A stretch of 47,675 nt of DNA, from the NCBI GenBank assembly GCA_013812235.1, contig JACCTU010000047.1, positions 1 to 47,675 on the forward strand, read 5' to 3'. Shown here piece by piece: positions 27,106-34,730 of the stretch; the first letter of the stretch is position 1, and each line of letters opens with the position of its first letter. Below the pieces are notes generated by a model. The model had not been told where the DNA came from, did not search any database, and saw only the letters and a program-made list of their open reading frames with translations. Position numbers and translations under genes: made by a program. This stretch comes from Actinomycetota bacterium. GTDB taxonomy: Bacteria; Actinomycetota; Thermoleophilia; Gaiellales; Gaiellaceae.

Positions 27106-28353
27106 CTGGGCGGCCTCCCGGCGCTGGGGCTTCGAGCGTCCCTTCGGAGGGACCTGCGCGGGCGCGGTCGTCGGCGGCGGCGCAGTCGTGGTGGTCGTCG
27201 GCGGAGCGGTGGTCGTAGGCGGCGCAGGCGCTGTCGGGGCGGGTGCCGACGGAGACGTGGTGCTCGGCGCAGGTGCAGGTGCCGGTGCCGAGGAGAGGTA
27301 CGCATGCAGCGCCGTGTACGCGGGCTTCGGAGAGAGGTCTCGGTTGAGCAGCCCGTAATTGTCCAGCTGAGCGTTGCCGCTTGCGAGGTTGCGCTCGTTG
27401 TACCAGAACATGTTCGTGACATACGGGAAATTGGCATTGACGTACTCGATTGCCCTGACGAGATAATCCGCCTGCTGCTCTGCGGTTACACCGCGGTTCC
27501 AATTCTCGACGTCGCTCCAGTTCGCGTGCGAGGACCAGCCAAACTCGGTGAACCAGATCGGCTTGCTTCCGTCGCCATTCGCCTTCATCAGCTCGTAGAC
27601 GGCGGCAACGTGCGCGAGCGTGTACTTCGTCCCGTCGTCTGGAGTTTCGGGCGGAGCGTCGGCCATCCCCATGTACGGGTGTGTCGCCATGACGTCGAAC
27701 GCACCCTTTGCTCCGGCGTCGTACACCGACTTGAGCCAGGCCGTGTCGTTCGTTGACGGCCCTCCGAGCACGACGAGGGCGTTCGGATCGCCTGCCTTCA
27801 GGCCGGCGTAGCCTGCACGCAGCAGCTCTGTGTATTCCGCTGCGCTCCCTGCGAAGAAGTCATTCAGGTTCGGCTCGTTCCAGACCTCCCACGCGTTGAT
27901 GCGGCCGCGAAAGTGCGCCCCGGCCCACGTTGCGACGCGCGAATAGTCAGCGACGTTCTGCGGCGGCACGTTGGTGGCGCCTCCGCCGTTGGCCCACGAG
28001 GGCGTAGCCCACAGTGTCGCCAGCACCTTGAGCCCTCGCGCCCGAGCCTGATCTACGGCGCGGTCGGCGAGGTCGACGTACCACTGGCTGTAGCTCGCTG
28101 AGCCCTGCTCCTGAAGCGACGCCCAGCCAAGGTCGATCCGCACCCATTGGACACCCGCAGCCTGCAACTTGTCGAGGAGCGCGGCACGCTCGGCGTCGGT
28201 GTAGTCGGCCCAGGTGGCATGGAACTGCACGCCGAAAGCGGGAGGCGTCGACGCAGGTTGCGTCGTTGCACTCTGTGCCGCTTCGGCGAGGCCTGCCGAG
28301 AAGAGTGCGGTGACGACGAGAACGAAGCTGAGCACGCGCACATAGCGCGGCAT
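27058..28353 (-). CDS. Secreted clan GH-A glycoside hydrolase with C-terminal Pro/Thr/Ala-rich tail
   Basis: 431 aa from ATG 28353, preceded by a GGGGAGGAG Shine-Dalgarno. The Sec signal is MPRYVRVLSFVLVVTALFSAGLAEA. Catalytic signatures are WEVWNEPNL and PIWFTEFGWSSH. The C-terminus reads SSAPAPAPAPSTTSPSAPAPTAPAPPTTTAPPTTTTTAPPPTTAPAQ followed by a short basic tail. Confidence 0.75.
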   Translation of the reverse strand: MPRYVRVLSFVLVVTALFSAGLAEAAQSATTQPASTPPAFGVQFHATWADYTDAERAALLDKLQAAGVQWVRIDLGWASLQEQGSASYSQWYVDLADRAVDQARARGLKVLATLWATPSWANGGGATNVPPQNVADYSRVATWAGAHFRGRINAWEVWNEPNLNDFFAGSAAEYTELLRAGYAGLKAGDPNALVVLGGPSTNDTAWLKSVYDAGAKGAFDVMATHPYMGMADAPPETPDDGTKYTLAHVAAVYELMKANGDGSKPIWFTEFGWSSHANWSDVENWNRGVTAEQQADYLVRAIEYVNANFPYVTNMFWYNERNLASGNAQLDNYGLLNRDLSPKPAYTALHAYLSSAPAPAPAPSTTSPSAPAPTAPAPPTTTAPPTTTTTAPPPTTAPAQVPPKGRSKPQRREAAQSARWPRPTYRLLRAE

Positions 28354-28390
28354 CAAGGTTATGCGACTCCTCCCCACTACTTTGGCTATC

Positions 28391-28403
28391 GGCGGGCTTT
28401 GCC
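28391..28403 (-). repeat. Copy 1 of recurring intergenic 13-mer GGCGGGCTTTGCC
   Basis: Exact 13-mer, 38 nt upstream of the minus-strand hydrolase start at 28353. Confidence 0.6.
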
Positions 28404-28550
28404 GGCCTGCCGGATCCCCCGAAAGCGTCACTCGAACGAGGGAGGGGTGACGCACTGTCACCCGAACGGGGAAACGACCTTGTGCGCTAGATTCGCGTCG
28501 CACGATTGCCGACGGCCAGCGGACCCGGGTACCGGCGCGTGACACACACC

Positions 28551-29834
28551 ATGAGCGAGCAAGCACTTCCCGACCTTGTAGATGCCCTACGCTGGCGCTG
28601 GAAGCCCGCGGTCTTGATTGCGGCTTGCATCTTCGCCGGAGCCCTGCTCTATGTCTCGACCCTTCCGGCTCAGTACGACGGCCAAGCCGTCATCGCGATC
28701 TCCCCACGTCCCGACGCGCCATCGGCGGGGGCCGACACGGTTCGTGTGGGCGCACCGAAGTTTGTTTCGTTCGTCGAGGCGCCAAAGACCGCCGCACAGG
28801 TCTCGGCCGAAGTCGGAGAGAGCCGCGCGACGCTCGAGGAGTCCGTCAACGCCACCGTGCCCGTCGATACCGGCAATGTTGCGATCACGGTTCGACACCC
28901 TGATCCACAACGTGCAGCGGTGATCGCGAACGTCTATGCGAGACGCGTGCTGGAGTTCGCCGCCAAGGACCCGCTCCTCAGCGCCCAGCTCGTGGCACAA
29001 GCGATTCCGCCGACACAGCCGGCCGCGCCGCCGCGAAGGCTGCTCCAGGCAGCTTCCCTGATCGTTGCGGTGCTCGTCGGGATCGCCGTGTCGCTGCTGC
29101 TCGAACGTGGTCGCCCGCGCCTCCGGTCGTGGAGGGACATCGCGCGCGCGACGGGGTACCCGATCCTCGGCCGCATCCCCCGCTCCCGCATCCTTCGGGC
29201 ACGGCCCACGGAGGCGTTCTCCGACCCGGTGACAGGAGCGGCCTTCCGAACGCTTCGCGCGAATCTCGAGCCCCAGATCCGGGAGCGCAAGATCAGAGTG
29301 CTCCTCGTGACTTCGCCCGGCAAGGCCGAGGGCAAGACGACAGTCTCCGCGTTGCTCGCAGAGTCCCTAGGCCGTCTCGGGATGAGCGTGCTGCTCGTCG
29401 ACGCCGACCTTCGACGCCCGCGCCTCGCCCCACTCGCACAGGTCGACGGTCGGCCTGGCCTGTCCGACATCCTCCGCGACCGCGTTCCCCTCGAGCGCGG
29501 AGTTCATCCCGGCTGGTCCACGGACCTCGATCTGCTCCCGACGGCCGCCGACCCAGAGGCGGGCGATCTTTTGGCGCGACGTTTCGCGGACGTCATGGAG
29601 GAGGCGAAAAGAAAGTACGACATCGTCGTGATCGATAGTCCGCCACTGCTGGGCACCGACGATACGAGGGCGCTCGCTCCGATCGCGGACGGTGTTCTCA
29701 TCGTTGTGGCCGCGGGATCGGTCGCAAGCCCGGTGAACGAAGCGATTCTCGCGGTCGAGTCTTTGAAGGCGCCCCTGCTGGGGATCATCGGCAACCGCAT
29801 CAAGGAAGCGCGCAGCCTTTACTACTCCAGCTAA
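28551..29834 (+). CDS. Polysaccharide co-polymerase / BY-type tyrosine autokinase fusion (Wzz domain + CpsD-like kinase)
   Basis: 427 aa. It has an N-terminal TM plus Wzz-like periplasmic segment and a second TM. The kinase motifs are Walker A SPGKAEGKTT, Walker A' VLLVDADLRRP and Walker B VVIDSPP. The C-terminal tail SLYYSS is a very short Tyr cluster. Confidence 0.85.
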   Translation: MSEQALPDLVDALRWRWKPAVLIAACIFAGALLYVSTLPAQYDGQAVIAISPRPDAPSAGADTVRVGAPKFVSFVEAPKTAAQVSAEVGESRATLEESVNATVPVDTGNVAITVRHPDPQRAAVIANVYARRVLEFAAKDPLLSAQLVAQAIPPTQPAAPPRRLLQAASLIVAVLVGIAVSLLLERGRPRLRSWRDIARATGYPILGRIPRSRILRARPTEAFSDPVTGAAFRTLRANLEPQIRERKIRVLLVTSPGKAEGKTTVSALLAESLGRLGMSVLLVDADLRRPRLAPLAQVDGRPGLSDILRDRVPLERGVHPGWSTDLDLLPTAADPEAGDLLARRFADVMEEAKRKYDIVVIDSPPLLGTDDTRALAPIADGVLIVVAAGSVASPVNEAILAVESLKAPLLGIIGNRIKEARSLYYSS

Positions 29835-30955
29835 CGGTTCGCGATCACCACTCGGTAGAGCGCGGCGACCGCACCGGTGGTGACGCGAACATCGTGAAAG
29901 CGCTCGGCCCGGGAACGCGCTGCAGAGCCCTCCCCCCGGGCTAGGGCTGGATCGAGCAGCCGGCGCGCGAGGGCATCGGCAAGCGCGCGTGTGTCCGACG
30001 TCGGCACAACGGCACCCGCCTCATCCGAGATCGCCTCGCGCGCACCTGCCACCTGTGTCGCGACGACGGACCGACCTCGCCCCATTGCCTCGAGCATCGT
30101 CAGCGCCATTCCCTCGCGTCGGGAAGGGACGGCGACGACGTCGGCAGCCGCCAGCCAATCCGGGACATCCACTCGCTCCCCTGCGAACAGGACGCTCTCG
30201 TGGGCACGTTCGCGCAGTGCACGCTCGTCGCGGCCTGACCCGACGAGCGCGAGCCTTGCCGAACCGAGCCGCGCGAGCACGCCTGGCCAGCTCTCGAGGA
30301 GGATGTCCTGTCCCTTCTCCCGCGAGAGGCGGCCTACGCAGACGACCAGCGGCGCGGCGGCGTCCAGGCCAAGCCGGGTGCGTGCTTCCAGACGATCAGC
30401 GTCGGTCGCCGCCGAGAACCGATCGAGGTCGATGCCGTTCGGGATGACGACGTAGCTGCCGGCGATGCGCTCGGCTCGGCCCAACTGCAGTTCGTCCTCG
30501 CTTACGCACACGATCGCGTGAGCCCAAAGCGCTGCGAGCCGCTCCCAGTGCTTCGTGGCGCGCCGGAGAGCGCCGGTAACCGCGAGAAACGGCCAGCCGT
30601 GGGGCTGGAAGATCGTCGTCTGCCTTCCCCGCAGCACCGCGCGCCCCGCCAGACCGGCCTTCGAGGCGTGCAGGTGCACGACGTCGTACTGCTCATTCCG
30701 CAGGATCCGCGCGAGCCGAGCCATCTCCAGGAGGCTCCTCGGGCTCGGCGCACGTCGCGCGCGCCAGAGGACATGCCTCGCCCCGGCAGCCGAAGCGTAG
30801 GGCGCCAGCGTGCCAACGTCGCCGGGAAGCAGGCCCGCGGTCGGACACGCCACCGTGACCTCCCAGCCGCGTCGGAGCTGGTCATCCACGAGAGCCCCGA
30901 CGGCGTTCGCGACGCCGCCCTCGCACGGCTGGCTGACGTGCAGGACACGCATCAC
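29831..30955 (-). CDS. Family 4 (GT-B) glycosyltransferase
   Basis: 374 aa. The start is GTG 30955 or the adjacent ATG 30952. The N-terminus is MRVLHVSQPCEGGVANAV, and the EX7E region reads PSRREGMALTMLEAMGRGRSVVAT. Confidence 0.85.
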   Translation of the reverse strand: MMRVLHVSQPCEGGVANAVGALVDDQLRRGWEVTVACPTAGLLPGDVGTLAPYASAAGARHVLWRARRAPSPRSLLEMARLARILRNEQYDVVHLHASKAGLAGRAVLRGRQTTIFQPHGWPFLAVTGALRRATKHWERLAALWAHAIVCVSEDELQLGRAERIAGSYVVIPNGIDLDRFSAATDADRLEARTRLGLDAAAPLVVCVGRLSREKGQDILLESWPGVLARLGSARLALVGSGRDERALRERAHESVLFAGERVDVPDWLAAADVVAVPSRREGMALTMLEAMGRGRSVVATQVAGAREAISDEAGAVVPTSDTRALADALARRLLDPALARGEGSAARSRAERFHDVRVTTGAVAALYRVVIANR

Positions 30956-31103
30956 GGGTTTACGCGCGCGACTCGTCGATCGTGAGTGGGAACTGTTCGG
31001 AAAGAGCCATCGCGTCGCGATCCTACGCGGCGGGATACTCTTTCTCGTTCACGGGAGCGTGTTCGCCCGCCCCCGTGGCTTGCGAGGCGGTTAGCGTGGG
31101 ATC

Positions 31104-31682
31104 GTGCCCGCCGACCACTTCCGCCTGGCCTTCATCTGCACGGGAAACCGTTTTCGGAGTCCTCTCGCCGCCGCCGTCGCGGCCGACGCGGTTGCGGGCC
31201 TGCCGGTCACCGTGGAGTCGGCCGGCCTGCTCGAGCTAGGCGAGGTGGGAGCGCTCATCGAGGCAATCGATGCGGGCCGCGTGTTCGGAGTCGACCTCGC
31301 CGCGCATCGGTGCCGTCGGCTCGCGCCAGGGAGCCTGACCGGAACCGACCTTGTGATCGGCTTCGAGCGCAAGCACCTGAACGCGGCGATCGCCGACGGC
31401 GCCGCGAGCGTCGCGCACGTCTTCACGCTTCCTGAAGCGGTCAGCCTCCTCGACCGGGTCGACCGACCAACCGACTCGGAACCGGTCGCACGGGCGCGCG
31501 CACTCGTGCGCAGCGCTCATGAGGTCCGCGCAAACCTCACCCAGCAGCCACCCGGCGAGATCCCCGATCCGCTCGGCCAAGCCGATTCCCTGCAGCGGAA
31601 GATCGCCGGGAGCGTTGCGGATCTGTCGAAGCGGCTCGCGGCGGCCCTGTTCGACTCGACGGGTAGAATCACCCCTCCATGA
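31104..31682 (+). CDS. Low-molecular-weight protein-tyrosine phosphatase (Wzb-like)
   Basis: 192 aa with a GTG start. It has the P-loop CTGNRFRS (CX5R-S) and a downstream DP motif (IPDPLG). Confidence 0.8.
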   Translation: MPADHFRLAFICTGNRFRSPLAAAVAADAVAGLPVTVESAGLLELGEVGALIEAIDAGRVFGVDLAAHRCRRLAPGSLTGTDLVIGFERKHLNAAIADGAASVAHVFTLPEAVSLLDRVDRPTDSEPVARARALVRSAHEVRANLTQQPPGEIPDPLGQADSLQRKIAGSVADLSKRLAAALFDSTGRITPP

Positions 31683-32704
31683 ACGCGGCACGCGCAGGCG
31701 CCGGCTGCGCTCTCATCACCGGCGGCGCCGGGTTCATCGGCTCCCACCTCACCGAGCTACTCCTCGCCGACGGCTGGGAGGTCTACGCGCTCGACGACCT
31801 CTCGACCGGCTCGCAGCGGAACGTTGCCCACCTGCGCGACCGGCGCGACTACCACCTCGTCGTCGACTCGGTCCTGAACCAGGCGGTCGTCAGCGAGCTC
31901 GTGCACCGTTGCGACGTCGTCTTCCACCTCGCCGCGGCGGTCGGCGTTCGGCTGATCGTCGAGCAGCCCGTGCACACGCTCGTGACGAACATCCAGGGGA
32001 CCGAGACCGTGCTCGAGTACTGCAACCGCTTCGGCCGGCGCGTGCTCGTCGCGTCGACGTCGGAGGTCTACGGCGACCACCGCGAGGAGAAGCCGCTCGA
32101 GGAGACCGCTCGCCGCGTGTACGGGCCGACGACGGAGAAGCGCTGGCTTTACGCGGACTCGAAAGCAATCGACGAGTTCCTCGCGCTCGCGTACCACCAG
32201 GAGCGCGGTCTCGACTGCGTGATCGTGCGCCTGTTCAACACCGTCGGCCCGCGCCAGAGCGGCCAGTACGGGATGGTCATCCCCCGCTTCGTGCAGAACG
32301 CGCTCTCCGGCACGGCGCTCGATATCCACGGCGACGGGATGCAGACCCGCTCGTTCTGCCACGTCGAAGACACGGTCCGCGCGCTGAAGGACCTGATGGA
32401 CGACCGCTCGATCAAAGGTGAGATCTTCAACGTCGGGTCGACCGACCGCATCACGATCCTCGAGCTCGCCGAGCGGATCAAGCAGTTGACCGACTCGCAG
32501 TCGGAGAACCTTTTCGTGCCCTACGACCAGGTCTACGGCCAGGGGATCGAGGACACGCTCCATCGCGAGCCCGCGATCGACAAGATCGGCGCCGCGATCG
32601 GCTGGGCGCCGACGCGGAACCTCGAGGACATCCTGCGCGACGTGATCGAGCACGCGAGACGTGCGCCGGTGCTGCCCGAGGCCGAGCCGGTCGTCGCGCC
32701 CTAG
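31679..32704 (+). CDS. NAD-dependent sugar-nucleotide epimerase/dehydratase (UDP-glucuronate decarboxylase / ArnA-C-terminal-like SDR)
   Basis: 341 aa with an ATGA overlap onto the phosphatase gene. Motifs are GGAGFIGSHL, STSEVYG and YADSKAIDE (YxxxK), plus the RW-Y context typical of decarboxylating extended SDRs. Confidence 0.85.
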   Translation: MNAARAGAGCALITGGAGFIGSHLTELLLADGWEVYALDDLSTGSQRNVAHLRDRRDYHLVVDSVLNQAVVSELVHRCDVVFHLAAAVGVRLIVEQPVHTLVTNIQGTETVLEYCNRFGRRVLVASTSEVYGDHREEKPLEETARRVYGPTTEKRWLYADSKAIDEFLALAYHQERGLDCVIVRLFNTVGPRQSGQYGMVIPRFVQNALSGTALDIHGDGMQTRSFCHVEDTVRALKDLMDDRSIKGEIFNVGSTDRITILELAERIKQLTDSQSENLFVPYDQVYGQGIEDTLHREPAIDKIGAAIGWAPTRNLEDILRDVIEHARRAPVLPEAEPVVAP

Positions 32705-33399
32705 CGCAGCCGTCGCAGCAACGGCGACGTCCGGAGCCGGAAGCCGGCGGTCGTGTCGTGGCGGTACACCGCCAGCCTCGGCAGGCCGAAGCGGTCGCTG
32801 CGCACCCTGCCGGGCTTCACCGCGAACGCCGCGGCGTAGCCCGCGCGGCGCGCCGCTCTCCGCACCCGGTCGTCCTCCTCACCGTACGGGTACGCGAGGT
32901 ACCGACACGGCACGCTCAGCTCGTCCTCGAGCTCGACCTTGGACTCGCGCAGCTCGCGATCCAGGTCTGCGTCGGAGAGCCGCGGCAGATGCGGATGCGA
33001 CACAGTGTGCGAGCCGATCTCCACGCCGCCCGACGCCGCCGCACGAAGCGCCGAGAAGTCCATCGTCGCGAACGCGGCGGGGTCGGCTGCCGCGTCCTCT
33101 CGGAGCTCGGGCACGTCGAACGGACGGCCGTCACGCGCAGTGCCCGTGCACGCGAAGATCGTGGCCGGGACGCCGAGCTCGGCCAGGAGCGGCAAGGTAT
33201 CGGCAGCGCTCCGGTAGGCGTCGTCGAACGTCACGTGGAGCAGGCGGCCCCGCCGCTCGACCGCGTCGGTCGCCGTGACGGGCTCGTAGCCGCGGCGAAG
33301 CAGCGACCTGAGCTGCGACTCGAGCGTCTCTCGCCGGACGGCAAGCCGCTGCGGCTCTCCTTCGACGACCGCGTGGTAGCAGAGGACGAGCGCCCTCAA
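32701..33399 (-). CDS. Polysaccharide deacetylase (CE4), second copy
   Basis: 232 aa with a TTG start. Motifs are VTFDDAY, IGSHTVSHPHL and LAYPYG. It is a paralogue of 19061-19822. Confidence 0.8.
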   Translation of the reverse strand: MRALVLCYHAVVEGEPQRLAVRRETLESQLRSLLRRGYEPVTATDAVERRGRLLHVTFDDAYRSAADTLPLLAELGVPATIFACTGTARDGRPFDVPELREDAAADPAAFATMDFSALRAAASGGVEIGSHTVSHPHLPRLSDADLDRELRESKVELEDELSVPCRYLAYPYGEEDDRVRRAARRAGYAAAFAVKPGRVRSDRFGLPRLAVYRHDTTAGFRLRTSPLLRRLR

Positions 33400-33737
33400 C
33401 CGACAAGCTCGTGAGTCACGACGTTCGAGTTCTCGCGCAAGCGCACGGTCACCGCGTCGAGCACGTCCTCGCGGTCGAGCCGCAGCTGCACGGCGGCCGA
33501 ATCGACGACGGACGGCCGCTCGACGAGGTCGGCGACCGTCTCGGCGGCACTCGCGCCGCCGGAAACACGCGGAAGCGCGAATCCCTCGAACGCCCGGTCA
33601 CCCGCCGGAAGCGGCACGACCTGCAGCTTCGCCTCAGCCGCGTAGCGGTCGTCCGCCAGCACCAGATAGGCGTTGCCGGCGGCAAGGCCGAGCACGACGG
33701 CGGCGACGATCGGCTTCCAGTGCGCGAGAACCCTCAA
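33396..33737 (-). CDS. Short Wzz/chain-length-determinant-like protein (N-terminal fragment type, one TM)
   Basis: This is the C-terminal part of track ORF 33396..34688: (L)RVLAHWKPIVAAVVLGLAAGNAYLVLADDRYAAEAKLQVVPLP...VTVRLRENSNVV. It parallels the N-terminus of the BY-kinase (RWRWKPAVLIAACIFAGALLYVSTLPAQYDGQAVIAISP...). The start is TTG 33737 (alternative GTG 33794). The stop overlaps the deacetylase TTG start (TTGA). Confidence 0.45.
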   Translation of the reverse strand: MRVLAHWKPIVAAVVLGLAAGNAYLVLADDRYAAEAKLQVVPLPAGDRAFEGFALPRVSGGASAAETVADLVERPSVVDSAAVQLRLDREDVLDAVTVRLRENSNVVTHELVG

Positions 33738-33794
33738 TCTGCTCGTGGTCTCTTCCCTCCGCAGCGCGCTCGTCCTGCGGGCAGTATTCCGCAC

Positions 33795-34730
33795 GTGCCC
33801 GGCAAGCCTGGACGTGTCGTCGTCACCGGAGGAGCCGGCTTCATCGGCTCGCACGTCGCCGACGCGTTTCTCGCGGACGGCGCAACGGTGCTCGTGATCG
33901 ACGATCTCTCGACCGGTCTGGAGGCGAACGTCCCCGCCGCCGCCGAGCTCCAGCGCGTGGACATCGTCGATGCGCGCCAACTCCGGGAAGCGCTCGACGG
34001 CTTCAACCCCGACGTCGTCTGCCACCTCGCGGCGCAGGCGAGCGTCACCGTGTCGGTCGAGCGCCCGGAGCACGACCTCGAAGTGAACGTCCGGGGGACG
34101 CTGATCGTCTGCGAAGCGGCACGCGCCGCGGGCGCCCCGGTGGTCTTCGCATCGACCGGCGGCGCGATCTACGGAAACGATGCTCCGCTGCCCACGCCGG
34201 AGTCGTTTCCGCCCGCACCGCTCGCGCCGTACGGTGCGTCGAAGCTCGCCGGGGAGGCGTACGTCGCAACCTGGGGGCGCCTCCACGGGCTCCCAAACGT
34301 CGTGCTGCGCCTCGGCAACGTGTACGGGCCGCGACAGCAGCCACACGGCGAGGCCGGCGTCGTCGCGATCTTCTCCAACCGTTTGGCTCGTGGCGAGCAG
34401 CTCGTCGTGTACGGCTTTGGCGAACCGACGCGGGACTACGTGCACGTAAGCGACGTTGCGCGCGCCTTCGCCACCGCGGCCTCCGCCGGACGCTCGGGCA
34501 CGTTCAACGTCGGCACCGCTCGAGAGACGAGCGTCCTCGAGTTGCTCGAGATCCTGCAGCGCGAGGCCGGCACCGGGGTTCAGCCGGAGCTGATGCCCCT
34601 CCGCCCCGGCGAGCTCGAGCGGAGCGCGCTCGACCCTTCGGCGACCGAGCGCGAGCTCGGCTGGCGCGCCGAGATCGCCGTCGAGCAAGGGTTGCCCGAG
34701 ACGTTCCGCGAGTTCGTCCCGTCGGCGTAG
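33795..34730 (+). CDS. NAD-dependent sugar-nucleotide epimerase (GalE-like SDR)
   Basis: 311 aa from GTG 33795 (VPGKPGRVVVTGGAGFIGSHVADAF...), with STGGAIYG and YGASKLAGE (YxxxK). The upstream 128 codons of the track ORF are antisense to the Wzz-like gene. Confidence 0.8.
   Translation: MPGKPGRVVVTGGAGFIGSHVADAFLADGATVLVIDDLSTGLEANVPAAAELQRVDIVDARQLREALDGFNPDVVCHLAAQASVTVSVERPEHDLEVNVRGTLIVCEAARAAGAPVVFASTGGAIYGNDAPLPTPESFPPAPLAPYGASKLAGEAYVATWGRLHGLPNVVLRLGNVYGPRQQPHGEAGVVAIFSNRLARGEQLVVYGFGEPTRDYVHVSDVARAFATAASAGRSGTFNVGTARETSVLELLEILQREAGTGVQPELMPLRPGELERSALDPSATERELGWRAEIAVEQGLPETFREFVPSA

Noticed and set aside
28425-28471. Short repeats in the hydrolase/BY-kinase divergent region: inverted GCGTCAC...GTGACGC, and direct GTCACTCGAACGAGGG / GTCACCCGAACGGGG
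   Set aside because: They are real in the sequence but short (7 bp and imperfect 15 bp). With no supporting context they are within what chance could give in GC-rich DNA. They are noted only as a possible operator.
9280-34730. Calling the polysaccharide locus a horizontally acquired genomic island or prophage-like element
   Set aside because: No integrase, transposase, tRNA, flanking direct repeats or visible compositional shift was seen. Only the synteny argument (an insertion in the clpC-lysS junction) is retained, and it needs comparative genomes.
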